Shown: positions 38,167 through 52,082 of the stretch, one piece after another
Layout: each line of letters starts with the position of its first letter
Numbering within the stretch: the first letter of the stretch is position 1
Origin: Camelus dromedarius
Taxonomy: Eukaryota
Length of the DNA: 64,000 nt
Assembly (NCBI RefSeq): GCF_036321535.1
Contig: NC_087437.1
Location: forward strand, 27,716,001-27,780,000
Direction of reading: 5' to 3'
Notes under the pieces: generated by a model
Seen by the model: only the letters and a program-made list of their open reading frames with translations
Told to the model about the DNA's origin: nothing
The model's database searches: none
Program-made: the position numbers and the translations under genes

Positions 38167-41100
38167 CAGTGGAATGGCCAAGATGGTGGAGTAGGGAGAC
38201 CCTGAGCTCACCTCTTCTCACTGGTACAGCAAAAATCACAACAATTTACAGAGCAACTATTGATGGGAAAGATCTGAACACTAGCAGAAATGACCCTCTA
38301 CAACTAAAGATATAAAGAAAGAATAAGATGGGTAGGAGGACTACAGAGAGACAGCATAGTCAAAACTACCCCCAGGTGGGTGACCCACCAATGGGAGGAT
38401 AATTACAATTGCAGAGGTTCTCCCCAAGGAATGAGGGGTCCATCCTGGGGTGTCCTGCACCAGAAAGATTAGCACCAGAATGTTGGGCTTTGAAGGCCAG
38501 CAGGGCTTACTTTTGGGAGAGCCAGAGGGCTATAAGAAACTCCACTCTTAAAGGGCACAAGCAAAATATCTCACACAATCTGAGGCCCAGGGAATAAGCA
38601 ATAACTTGAAAGAAGCTTGAGTCAGACCCATTTGCTGATCTTGGAGAGTCTCCTGGAGAAGCAGGAAGCAAATGGAGCTCACCCTGGGGGACACAGATGC
38701 TGACAGCACCATTTTGGAGCTTTCTCTTTAACTTATTAGCAGCAGGACCTGGCCCCACCCACCAGTGTCAGCACCAGTACTTGGATGCCTCAGGCCAAGC
38801 AGTTAGGCAGGCAGGGACACAGCCTCATCTGTTGGTGAGCAGGCCAGCTACTTCAGGACTCTCTGAGCCCCCAGCCACTACCAGGATGTGGCCCCAACCA
38901 CAGAGGGCCCAGAACCCAGCCCTGCCAACCAGGGCACCAGCACTAGCCACAGGACCACCTGGGCTCTGGCCTCACCCAACAGCAGGATAGCACCACGTTT
39001 GGGACACCATGAGCCCCTCAGCCAGCTGCTCAAGGATCTGTCCCCACCCATCAGTGGGCTGACCCTAGCTTTAGGACACCCTGCAGCCAGCCATGTCAGG
39101 AAACAACCCACTCACCAGAAGGCTAACACCAGCTCCAGGACCCCGAGGGCCCTGTAACCAGAGATTATGGGATCCAGCTTCACTCACTAGTGAGCTGGCA
39201 CTAGCCCAGGGACCCCCTGGAATTTGACCCCACTCACTAGTGGGCCAAAACCAACTCTGGAACCCCCAGGAGCCTGCATCCAGAGGCCCTAGAATCCAGC
39301 TTCACCCAACAGTGGGCCAGCACTAGCCCCAGGACCTCCAAGGCCCTGCAGTTGGAAACCATGGGACTGAGGTCCATCCACCAGGGGACTGGCACTAGAC
39401 CTGGGACAAGCTTTGCCTATCAGGGGGCAGATACGGACTCTGAGACCCCTAGATCCCTGCACTAGGAACACTGGGACCTGGCTTTACCCATCAGTAAGCC
39501 AGCACCCCCTGCACCTCATTCCCACCCAGTTGTGGCTCAATACCAGTCCTAGACTCATAGGCCCTGAAGCCAAAGTCCCCAGGATCCAGTTTCACCCACC
39601 AGAGGACCAGCACTAGCCCCAGGACTCAGACCCACCCACCATCAGGCTGACACCAGCTCTGGGATCATCAGCCAGCCACTCTAAGATTCAGCCCAACTCA
39701 ACATCCAACCAACCAGATTTGGGACAGCTCAGACCATGCAGCCAGCCATGTCAGGAACCCACCCTGCCCACCTGCAGGCAACAATAGATTCAGGACCCCT
39801 GGTGGTTGTAAAACCACCAACCCTAGGACTTGGCTCTGCCCACCAGCAAGCCAGCAAGAATCTCAGAACCCCAAGTGGTTCTACAACCAGCTGCCTTGTG
39901 ACCCAGCTCCACCAATCAGTGGTCAGTAGCCTCTGCACAAGGCAGGGTATGGAAACCAACTGGAGTGGAGGCAGCCACACCTACTGGACTGCCCACGGTA
40001 GTCAGCCACCTACAATAGAAGGACCCATGCAGCCCACACAGGGGATACCCCTATAGCTCTGGTGACTAGAGATGGGTGCACTGCTGGGACACATAGGACA
40101 TCTCCAACAAATGGTCACTTCTCCAAGATTGGAAAATGTAACCAACCAACTGACCACATAGACATAAAAATGGTGAATTAGGCAAAATGAGTCAATAGAG
40201 GAGTATGTTTCTAATGAAGGAAATAGAGAAATTCTCAGAGGAACTAAGTGAAGTATAGATAAGAAATCTGCCCAATAAAGAATTCAAGGTAACGATCATC
40301 AAATGCTCAAAGAACTGAGAAGAATGGACGAACACGATGAGAATTTTAACGAAGAGTTAGAAAACAAAGAACCAAACAGAGCTGAAGAATACAATAACTG
40401 AAATTGAAAACAAACAAACAAACAAACAAGAAGGAATCAACAGTAGATTTGATGATAAAGAGGAATGGGTAAGCAAACTAAAGGGCAGACTTTCATTGGA
40501 AATTACTGAAACGGACCAGAAAAAAGAATAAAAGGAAAAGAGGACAGTTTAATAGACCTCTAAAACAGTATCAAGCATACTATCATTTGTATTATAGGGG
40601 CCCTAGAAAAAGAAGAGACAAAGGGGCAGAGAAATTATTTGAAGACATAATAAACTTCCCTAACCTGGGAAAGGAAACAGACATCCAGGTCCGAAGCACA
40701 GAGAGTCACAAACAGGATCAATCCAAAGAGGATGACACCAAGAACACTGTAATTAAAATGGCAAAAATTATAGATAAAGAGAAAACATTAAAAGCAGTTA
40801 GGGAAAAGCAGTAAGTTACATACAAGGGAACTCCCATTAGGCAATCAACTGACTTGCCAGCAGAAACTGCAAGTCAGAAGGGAGTGGCCTGATATATTTA
40901 AAGTGATGAAAGAGGAAAATCTAAAACTATGAATAATCTACCAAGTCACGCTTCCTTCAAATTTGAAGGAAAGATCAAAAGTTCTACAGACATCCAAAAA
41001 CTAAAAGAGTTCAGCACTATAAAACCAGCTTTACAAAAAATGTTAAAAGGACTTGTCTAAGAGGCAAAGGAAAGGCCACAGCTAGAAACACGAAACTTAT

Positions 41101-43970
41101 GAAAGTAAAAATCTCATTGGTAAAGGCAAATATACAATAAAGATAGTAAATCAACCAGCTATAAAGCTAGTAGGAAGATTAAAAGACAAAAGGAGTAAAA
41201 ATCATCCAAACCCACAGTAAGTAGTTCAGGGATACACAAAGTAAAAAGACATAAAATATGATGTCAAACATAGTAAACGCTGGTTCGGGGGAGTAAAAAT
41301 TCAGGGTTGTTAAAAAAAAAAAGTTTGAACTTAAGGGATAAGCAACTTATCCCTTAGTCATGTATATATGGAGATTGCTGTATATAAATCCCAAGGTAAC
41401 CAGAAACCAAAAATCTGTAATATATATATACACACAGAAAAGAGAAAAAATCCAAACATAACACTAAATATGGTCATCAAATCACAAGCGAAAGGGAGCA
41501 AAAGAAGAAAAAACAAAGAACCTTAAAAACAACTCCAAAAAACAATTAATAAAATGAGATTAAGTGAATACTTATCAATAATTACTTTAAATATAAATGG
41601 ACTAAATGCTCCAATCAAAAGACTGAAATTGAGAGAATGGAAAAAGTTCTTCCATTCAAGTGGAAATGAAATGAAAGTCTGGGTAGCAATATTTATACCA
41701 GACAAAATTTACTTTAAAAGAAGACTGTAACAAGAGACAAGGAAGGACATTGCATAATGATCAAGCAATCAAACAAAAAGAAGATTCAACAACGGTAAAT
41801 ATATACGCCCAACATAGGAGCATCTAAACACAAAAAGTAATTATTACAGACATGTAAAAATTGACAGTAACACAATAATAATAGGGGACATCAACACCTG
41901 ACTAACATCAATGGAAAGATCAGACAGAAAATCAATAAGGAAACACTGTCCTTAAACAACACATTAGACCAAATACACATAATATATACACAACATTCCA
42001 TCCAAAAGCAGCAGAATACACATTCTTTTCAAGTTCACATGGAACATTCTCCAGGATAGATGTCATGCTAGGTCACAAGCCAAGTCTCAGTAAACTTAAG
42101 ACCAAAATCATATCAAGCATTTTTTTCTGACCACAAGGCCATGAGACTAGAATTCAAGTATAAGAGAAAAAAAAAATTATGAAAAACACTAACATGTGGA
42201 GGCTAAACAATATGCTACTAAACAACCGATGGATCACTGAAGAAATTTTAAAAAATAACTGGAGACAAATACAAACAAAAACACTACAATCTGAAATCTA
42301 TGAGATGCAGCAAAAGCAGTTCTGAGAGGGAAGTTCACAGCAATAGAAGCCTACCTCAGGAAACAAGAAAAATCTCAAACAACCTAACCTTACACCTAAA
42401 AGAATGAGAAAAAGATGGACAAGCAAAACTGAAAGTTACTAGAAAGAAAGAAATAATAAAGGACAGAGCAGAAATAAATGAAAAAGAGACTATTTTTATT
42501 TCATAAAAACAGAAAAGATCAATGAAACTAAAGAGCTGGTTCTTTGAAAGGATAAAATTGATAAAGCTTTAGCTAGATTCATCAAGAAAAAAAGACCCAA
42601 ATCAGTAAAACTGGAAATGACAAAGAAGTTACAACCAACACCACAGATATACAGAAGATCATAAGATTTATTCAAACAATTACACACCAATGAAAACGGC
42701 AACCTAGAAGAAATGGTCAATTCCTAAAAATATACAATATCCCAAGACTGAACCAAGAAGAAATAGAAAATTTGAAGAGACTAATTACCAGTAATGAAAT
42801 TAAGAAATATTTTAACCACCCCCAAAACAAAAGCCTAGAACCAGATGGCTTTACAGGTGAATTCTATCAAACAGTTAGAGAAGAGCTAACACCTATCCAC
42901 ATCTATCCTTATCAAACTATTCCAATTGCAGAGAATGGAATGCTTCTGAACTCATTCTACGACACTAGCATCACCCTGATACCAAAACCAGACAGATATC
43001 TCTCACACACTCACACTCACTCACACACACACACACAATTACAGGCCATCATCTAATGAACATGTATGTAAAAATCCTCAACAAAATATTAGCATACCAA
43101 ATTTAGCAATACATCAAAAGGATCATACACCATGATCAAGTGGAATTTATCCCAGGGATGCAAGGCTGTTTCAGTATCTGTAATTCTATCAATGTGATTG
43201 ATACACCACATCAACAAAATGAATAATAAAACCATATGATCATCTCAATAGACGCAGAAAAAGCTTTTGACAAAATTCAACATCCATTTATGACAAAAAC
43301 TTTCAACAAAGTGGGTATAGGGGGAACATACTTCAACACAATAAAGGCCAATTTGACAAGCCCAGGCTGTCACCATACTCAATGGTGAAAAGCTGAAAGC
43401 TTTTCCTCTAAGATCAGAAATAAGACAAGGATGTTCTGTTTCATCACTTTCATTCAACACAGTATTGGAAGTCCTAGTCACAGAAATCAGACAAGAAAAA
43501 AATAAAAGGAATTCAAACTGGAAAGGAAGAAGTAAAACTGTCACTGTTTGCAAGTGACATGGTACTATACATAGCAAATCCTAAAGATGCCACCAAAAAA
43601 CTATTAGAATTTATTCATGACTTGGGTAAAGTTGCAAGATACAAAATTAATATACAGAAATCTGTTGTGTTTCTGTAAACTAATAATGCTCTAGAAGAAA
43701 GAGAAATTAAGGAAACAACCCCACTTATAATCACATCAAAAAGAATAAAATACCTAGGAATAAATCTAAGGAAGTAAAATACCTGTACTTAAAAAACTAT
43801 AAGACAATGATGAATGAAACTGAAGATGACACAAACAAATGGAAAGATATACTGTTCCCATGAATTGGAAGAATAAATATTATTACAATGACCATACTAC
43901 TCAAGGCAATCTACAGATTCAATGCAATCCCTATCAAAATACCAAGGCATTTTTCAAAGAATTAGGACAA
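38167..43970 (+). mobile_element. Large decayed L1: 5' UTR (~38167-40186), ORF1 (~40187-41060), ORF2 (~41553-43970), 3'-truncated
   Basis: 5' ccaagatggtggagtagggagac; ORF1 motifs (tacaagggaactcccattagg); ORF2 EN/RT motifs (gatggctttacaggtgaattctatcaa, gcagaaaaagcttttgacaaaattcaacatcc); many stops and frameshifts. Confidence 0.92.
38750..39950 (+). repeat. Degenerate C-rich tandem monomers inside the L1 5' UTR
   Basis: Recurring ccaccagtgggccagcactagccccagga-like units at irregular ~50-80 bp spacing. Confidence 0.75.
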
Positions 43971-43989
43971 TTAACATATGTAAAAAGAA

Positions 43990-46590
43990 TGGGAAAAATA
44001 AAAATCAACATTAAAAATCATGTTAATAACTGCCACAGGAAAATTCCATTGATGAATGCTAAAATTAGTGGATGATATTTCAAAGAGGAACAATATATTC
44101 ACATAGCCTCCAGTAACTTTCCTGAAAATATTTATGAATTACTCTAGTGCTTTTATAACATTTCCACAAATTCCTTGATTTTCCTTTCTCCAGGAGATGA
44201 AACTTAATTCCTTTACCCTTGAGTGTGAGCTGGATTTAAGCACTTCTAATGGATAGAGAATGGAAAGAAAAAAGTAGTAACTTTACAGTAGAGAAACCTG
44301 GCAGACACCACCATAATCAAACGATCAAGGTTAACATCAGCAGTGATGCTATGTTGATAGCATGTAATCCCCAATACGATACTTTTGTTCTCTGATGTTC
44401 TTCTCAAAAGGCCCAAGTCTAATAACAAGGAAAGACCAGCCAAGTCCAAACAGAGGGACATTCTACAAAATACCTGATGAGTATGCTTCACAAGTGTTTA
44501 GGTCCTGGGAGACATGGAAAGACTGAGAAACCACCACAGATTAGAGGAGACTAAGGAGACATGATGACTAAATGCAACCTAGTATCCTAGATACGAACTT
44601 GGAACAGAAAAATAACATTAATAGAAAATATGGGAAAATGTGAATAACATCTGTAATTTATAGTACTGTTTATTAATTTTTAGTGTTGATGAGTGTACCA
44701 TAGTCACATAGGGGAAGTTGAATAAAGGATATGAGAATTCCCTGAAACATTTTTGCAACTCTCTGTACACCTAAAATTATTAGAAAATAAAAAGTTAAAA
44801 ACAAAGAATCTGAACTGTATAAAAAAACTAGAAACAACCCAAAAGTCCTTCAACTAATGGGTGAATAAACAAACTGGAACATCCATACAGTGGCCAACTG
44901 CTCAGTAATATAAACGAATGAACTACTGATACACACAACAACATGGATGAATCTCAAATGCATTCTGCTCAGTAAAAGGTGCCAAACTCAAAATCAAATG
45001 TAATTTAATTTTCGTGACATTCTGGAAAAGGCAAAAATGTAGAGATGAATAATAGACTAGTGGTTGTTAGTGGTAAGAGCTGGTAGGAAGGAGTTGACTG
45101 CAATGGGGCAGCATAAGTGATTTTTTGGGTGTAGTGGAACTGTTCTAAAGCTAGATTGTGGTGGTGGTTACACAACTCCATTTGTTAAAACTTATACAAC
45201 TATATAAGGTGAAAAGTTATTTTATTCCGTATAAAATTTAAAATAAAATTTTAAAACAAAAAAATTAATAGTTTGCTGAATATCTTGACAGTAATAATTC
45301 TATAAATTGCAAATGTTGATAGAAATCTATTATACATAGAAAATATGCACTTTATCAAAATGGAGTCAAATTAAAATAGAAAGCCTAAATAATGTAATAA
45401 TTTAAAAAATACAATTAATTTTAAAATTTTCTCAAAGAAAACATCAGACCATGACGGTTTTACCAAAAGATACTGTAGCTATAAATACACTATTACAGAG
45501 TGCAGAAAAGAGAGGAAAAATTCCACTATTTTATAAAATTAATTTAACTTTAACATCAAACTCAACGAGGACAATATAAGATTATAGGTCATCATCTCTC
45601 ATGAACATTTATGCAAAATTAAACAAATACCTGGATCAACTAATGTATAAAAATTAAAAGTTGATACATCAGGACTGAGTTGGATTTATCCTACAAACTC
45701 AATTTGAATTTAACATTAGAAAATTAAGTCAATAATTACACTGAAATATTAATTTATTAAAGGAGACGAGGAATCCAATTATCTCAATACAGGAACAAAA
45801 GAAAACATCCAACAATCAGTCATGACTTAAAAAAAATTAGCAAACTAGAAATAAAAGGAAACTTCTTTACCTTGATAAACCATTCTACAAAAACCTACAG
45901 CAAACATCTTACTTGACGGTGAAGTGTTGAAGCTGTCCCTTTAAAGTCAGGAACAGGCAATGATATTCATTATCCTTACTTTCTTTTCAATGTTTAGCTA
46001 GTGCAGAAAAGCAAATTTATATATATTTGTATATATATGTGTATATTGGTGTGGGGCAGTAGGATTTGGAAAGAAAAAACAAACCCTTCATTAATCTCAG
46101 GTAACAAAATTGTCTACCTCAAAAATACAGGTTCCAGATAAATCATTAGTATTAATCATGTGTTTAGAAAGTTTCCCAGATACAAAATTCACATGAAAAT
46201 AAATTGTTTTGTTATATATAATCAAACATCAATTTTAAAATGTAATTTCTAAAAAGTAATACATCAAATATATAAAAACCTGAGAACAAATTTAATGAAG
46301 ACGTATAAAACTTTTGAGAAGGAAGTATGAAACAACTGAACTATATTAAATAAAATATAAATAGGAAGGTAGTAAATATTAAATAGGACAGTGCAATATT
46401 GGCCCAGGAGCAATTATTAGTAGAAGTTTAATAGAGTATCTGTAACAAACTCAAGCAATGTAGAAACTTGATCTATGACATTCGTGGTGGCACTGATAGA
46501 CTATTCAACAAATTGACTGGGACAAATGTTTAGCTATACAGATAAAACATATAAAATTTGACCTCTACCTAACACTTTACAAAAAAAGTC
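43990..46590 (+). mobile_element. Stack of ancient L1M fragments (3' UTRs ~43990-44790 and ~44820-45260; decayed ORF2 ~45300-46590)
   Basis: gtaactttacagtagagaaacctggcagacacc; caacatggatgaatctcaaatgcatt; A-rich ORF2-like stretch. Confidence 0.7.
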
Positions 46591-47049
46591 AATTCAAACT
46601 GAATTACAGTCTTTTGAGTCTGGCTTCTTTCACGCAGCATAATGAATTCAAGATTTATCCATGCTGTTGACTGCATCAGTAGTTTGTTTCTCTTGCTGGT
46701 TAACAATAACCTATTGTGTGATGAGCCCAGTTAGTTACTCACCAGCTGAAGCATATTTTGTTGTTTTTAGTTTCTGGCAATTATGAATAAAGCTGCTATA
46801 AACACTCAAGAACAGGTTTTTGTGAAAAAAAATATTAACTTTTCTTAACTACTAGGAAATCATATGATAAGTATGTTTTTAATTTTACAAGAAACTCCTA
46901 AAATATTCTCCAAGGAGGCTGTACCATTTTGCATTCTTACCAGCAATATTTGACAGTTCTAGTTGCTCTGCATCTTCAGCAGCACTTGTGTTATTTTCTT
47001 AAGTGAGCTATTCTAATAAATGAAATCTTATTAAGTAGTGAAATTGTGT

Positions 47050-49476
47050 TTTTTTTTAAATTTTTTATTGAAGTATGGTTGATTTACAATGTTAGTTTCA
47101 GGTGTACAGCAAAGTGATTCAGTTAAACATACACATACATACATATTTTTCTTTTCAGATTCTTTTCCACTACATGTTATTACAAGAAATTGAATATAGT
47201 TTCCTGTGCTATACAGTAGGTCCTTGTTGTTTATTTATTTTGTATATAGTAATGTGTGCCTATTAATCCCCAACCCCTAATTTATCCCTCCCTACCCTTT
47301 CTCCTTTGGTAACCATAGTTTGTTTTCTGTGCCTGTGAGTGTATTTCTGGTTTGTAAGTAAAATTTATATCTTTTTTTAGATTCCACATATAAGTGATAT
47401 ATTTGACTTTGTCTGACTTACTTCACTCAATATGATAATCTCTAGGTCCATTCATGTTGCTGCAAATGGCATTATTTCATTCTTTTTTATGGCTGACTAA
47501 TATTCATATATATATATATATATATTAGGTTCCATTTGTGTTAGGAAAACTGGACAGCTGCCTGTAAATCAATGAAGTTAGAACACTCCCTCACACCATA
47601 TACAAAAATAAACACAAAGTGGCTTCAAGACTTAAACATAAGACAAGACACCATAAATATCCTACAAGAAAACACAGGCAAAATATTATCTGACATACAT
47701 CTCAGCAATATTCTCCTAGGGCAGTCTATCCAAGCAATAGAAATAGAAGCAAAAATAAACAAATGGGACCTAATTAAAACTTACAAGCTTTTTGCACAGC
47801 AAAGGAAACCATAAGTGAAACAAAATGACAACCTACAGAAAGGGAGATAATATTTGCAAAAGGTGAGGCTGACAAGGGCTTAATTTCTAGAATATATAAA
47901 CAGCTCATACAACTTAATAAGAAAAAACAAACAACCCAATCCAAAAATGAGCAGAAGACCTAAATAAGCAATTTCCCAATGAAGACATATGAATGGCCAA
48001 TAGGCACATGACAAAATGCTCAATATTGCTAGTTATCAGGAAAATGCAAATCAAAACTATAATGAGGTATCACCTCACACCAGCCACAGTGGCCATCATT
48101 CAAAAGTCCACAAACAGTAAATGCTGATGAGGGTGTGGAGAAAAGGGAACCCTCCTACACTGCTGGTGGGAATCCAGGTTGGTGCAGCCATTGTGGAAAA
48201 CAGTATGGAGATTCCTCAAAGACTAGGAATAGATTTACCATATGATCCAGCAATCCTACTCCTGGGCATATATCCAGAGGGAACCTTAATTCAAAAAGAA
48301 ACCTGGACCCCAATGTTCATAGCAGCACTATTTACAATAGCCAAGACACGGAAACAACCTAAATGTCCATCGACAGGTGATTGGATAAAAAAGTTTTATA
48401 CAATAGAATACTATAAAAATGCCATAAAAAATGCCATTTGCAGCAACATGGATGGCTCTGAAGAATGTCATTCTAAGTGAAGTAAGCCAGAAAGAGAAAG
48501 AAAAATACCATATGGTATCACTCATATGCGGAATCTAAAAAAAAAAAAAAAAAAGACAAATGAACTTATTTATAAAGCAGAAACAGACTCACAAACATAG
48601 TAAACAAATTTATGGTTACTGGAGGGAAGGGGGTGGGAAGGCATAAATTGGGAGCTTCTTGATTTGCAGATACTGACTGGTATATACCAAATAGATAAAC
48701 AAGTTTATATTGTATAGCACAGGGAACTACATTCGATATCTTGTAGTAGCTTACAGTGAAAAAGTATGAAAATGAATATATGTATATTCATGTATGACTG
48801 AAGCATTGTGCTCTACACCAGAAATTGACATAGCACTGTAAACTGACTACACTTCAATAAAAAAAAGTAAAAAAAAAAAGTAATTAGGTTCTATTTGTTT
48901 ATTTTTGCTTTTATTTCCATTACTCTAGCAGCTGGTTTGAAAAAAATATTGCTGAAATTTATATCAAAGAGTGTTCTGCCTATGTTTTCCTCTAGGAGTT
49001 TTAAGACACTATACAGATTCAATGCAATCCCTATCAAACTGCCAATGACATTTTTTACAGAACAGGAACAAAAAATTCTTAATTTATATAGGAACACAAA
49101 AAGACCCTGAATAGCCAAAGCAATCTTGAGAAAGAACAGAGCTGGACGACTCATGCATCCTGACTTTAGACTAGACTACAAGCTATGGTAATCAAAGCAG
49201 TATGGTACTGGCACAAAAACAAACACACAGATCAATGGAACAGGATAGACAGTCCAGAAATAAACCCATGCACTTATGGTCAATTAATCTACAACAAAGA
49301 AGGTAAGAATATACAATGGAGAAAAGACAGTCTTTTCAATAAGTGGTGCTGGGGAAACTGCACAACTACATGTAAAAGAATGAAATTAGAACATTCTCTA
49401 ACACTATATAAAAAAACTCAAAATGGATTAAAGGCCTAAATGTAAGTTAGGATACCATAAAACTTCTGAAGGAAAT
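47050..49476 (-). mobile_element. 5'-inverted L1 (poly(T) at ~47049; - segments ~47050-47523 and 48899-49003; inverted + segment ~49006-49476)
   Basis: tttttttaaattttttattgaagtatgg 3' end; strand switch at ~49004. Confidence 0.8.
47540..48882 (+). mobile_element. Younger 5'-truncated L1 (ORF2 3' part, 3' UTR, A-tail) with 16-bp target-site duplication
   Basis: ORF2 C-terminal peptides in the ORF track (47572, 48121); cttcaataaaaaaaagtaaaaaaaaaaa tail; attaggttccatttgt (47524-47539) vs attaggttctatttgt (48883-48898). Confidence 0.92.
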
Positions 49477-51409
49477 CATTGCTGGTTTATTTTGCATTTT
49501 CCTAATAACTAATGAGGCTGAGCATCTTTAACATGCTTATTTGCCTTCTCTCTATATATATTTGATGAACTATCTGTTTAGTATTCTGCCCATTTAAAAA
49601 ATTGGGTTGTTTCTTATTCTTGAGTCTTGAGACTACTTGATATATTCTGGATATAAGCCTTTTGTAAGATATGTGTTTTACAAATGGAAAACTTGACTTT
49701 TCATTTTAATAGTTTTTTTGGGTTTTTTTCCTGAAGAACAGAGGGTTTTTTTTTTTTTAATAAATCTTTATCTCTTAGCAATATTGTAAAATATGGGTGC
49801 ATGGAATGACACGATGCCTGGGATTTTTGTAGATTCCTTAAGATTTTCTATATCAATATTCATGTCAATTGTGATTAAAGATATTTTCTTTTCCTATTTG
49901 TAGGCAACTTATTATATTTTTTCTTTTGCAATACTGTGCTGGTTTGGGCTTATAAATCAATATAGAAGAGGAATGGAAACAGTGAATGTTTTTTCTTGTT
50001 CCAGATCTTATAAAGCTTTTTGGTCTTTCATGATTAAATATGAAGTTAGCTAAAAGATTTTCTTTTTTGCAGCTACCCTTCATCAGATTAGGAAAGTTTT
50101 TCCATTCTTAGTTTGCTAAGAGTTTTTATTGTGGATGAATGTAGCTGAACTTTGTCAAATGCATTTTTTTGTATTTATTGAAATAATCTTGTGGCTTTCT
50201 TTTTCAGTCAGTTAATACAACTGATTTTCAAATGCTGAACTAGATTTTCATTCCCTTTATAAACCCCAAATGGCCACGATGTTTTAGATGTTTTATCATT
50301 TTATAATTATTGCTGCTTTTAATTAATATTGGTTTCAGAATTTTGTGTCTATATTCATGTGCTATATTCGTTTGAAGCTTTCTTTTATTTTATTGCCTTT
50401 GTGTGATTTTGGTATCAGGGTTATACTGGTTTCATAAAATGAGTCGAGAAGTTTTCTCTTCTCTTCTATTTTCTGGAAGAGGTTGAATAGAACTGATAAT
50501 ATTTTTATCTTAAGGAATTTGTTCATTTTCTCTAAATTATCAAATTTATGGGCAGAGTTTTGTTCTTCATTGTATTTTCTCACTGTTTTTTAAACATCTC
50601 TATCTGCAGTGATGTCTTTTACATTTTGGGTTTTTGTAGTTTGTATGTTTTTCCTTGGTCAGTTTGGGTAAATTTTTATCAATTGTATTGATTTTTTTTC
50701 CAAAAAACTAGCTTTTGGTCTCACCAATTTTCTATATTATAGTCCTGTATTTAATTTCATTGCTTTCTGCTTTTTATTATTTCCTTCTTTCTACTTACTT
50801 TGGGCTTAATTTGCTCTTCATTTTCTAGTTATTCAAAGTAAAGCTTAGGTTATTGATTTGAGACTATTTTTTTTTTGGTGTAATATAAGTCTTCACTGCT
50901 ATAAATTTCCCTGTAAACTCTGCTTTAGCTAGAATTTTAATAAGTTCTATTTTCATTTTGTTAAACATTTTCTAATTTCCCTTGAAAGTCCCTCTTTAAC
51001 TCATGAGTTATTTGTAAGTGTCGTTCATTTCCAAATCTTTGGGGATTTTCCAGTTGTCTGTCTTTGTTCCTAGTATAATTCTGTTATGGTCGTGAAACAT
51101 ATTTTATATAATTACAAGCCTTTTTAATTTATTAAGACTAGTTTTTATGGCCCAGAATCTTCTTTTATGTAAATGTTTCATGTGCAATTGACAAGAATGC
51201 ATATTCTGCTATTGCTCGGGAGAGTACTCTTCTATAAATGTAACTCAGTTTGAGTTGGTTGATGGTGTTCAGGCCTTCCATATCCTTGCTGATTTTCTTC
51301 TTGTTTTATTGTTTATTCAGAGAGCAGTGTTGAAATCTCCAACTAGAATTCTGGATTTGCTATTCCTTCTTCCAGTTCTAAGTTTTTACTTCTTGCATTC
51401 TGAAGCTCT

Positions 51410-52082
51410 TGTATTAGTTTTCTATTGTTGTGCAACAAATGATAACAATATTATCAGCTTAAAATAACACCCATTTATTGTTTCCCGGTTTTTATGGGTC
51501 AGGAGTCCAGGCCTAGCTTAGCTGTATCCTCTGTTCAGGGTCCCACAAGGCTGAAATCAAGATGTTAACTAAGTCAGTGACAGCATCTGAGATTCAAGAT
51601 CTTCTTCCAAGATCACTTAGGTTATTGGCATAACTTAGTTCCTTAATTTTACGTATCTGAGGTCCCAGTATTCTTGCTGGCTACTGACTAGGTATTACTC
51701 TCAACTCATAGAAGCTCCCACAGCTTCTTCCATGCAGCACTTTCACAGACCCTCTCACAGCATGGCAGCATACTTCTTTCAAAGCCAGAAGGAGAATTTA
51801 TTTCTTCACAAAGAGACCAAACACCTTTAAGGAGTTTTTCCTGACTAAATCAGGCCCACAAAGGAAAATCTTCCTTTTGACTAACAGAGCCAAAATTGAT
51901 TTGGAAAACTTAATTACATCTGCCAAATCTCTTCTTCTTTGCCAGATAATATAATTTAATTCTAGGAGTGATACCCTAATACAGTTGCAGGTCCTGCCCA
52001 CACTTGGAAAGAAAGGATTATACAGGGTGTGTACACCAGATAGGGGGACAAGGAGGGTCATCCTGGAATTCCGCCTACCACA
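51410..52082 (-). mobile_element. MLT1-family (MaLR) solo LTR
   Basis: Termini tgtattagttttctattg...ggaattccgcctaccaca; gggtcaggagtccagg, aaggctgaaatcaagatgtt. Confidence 0.85.

Noticed and set aside
38750..39950. Repeat-spacer-like array resembling CRISPR
   Set aside because: Units are degenerate and irregularly spaced, sit in an L1 5' UTR in mammalian DNA, and there are no cas genes
40187..43970. Possibly active L1 ORF1/ORF2
   Set aside because: Numerous stops, frameshifts and deletions; only short ORFs remain
43910..49070. The large L1 ends (~43970) at about the L1 position where the + fragment at 49006 begins, suggesting one split element
   Set aside because: The ~60-nt overlap has several mismatches, and the 49006-49476 piece is better explained as the inverted arm of the twin-primed element whose host is continuous on both sides
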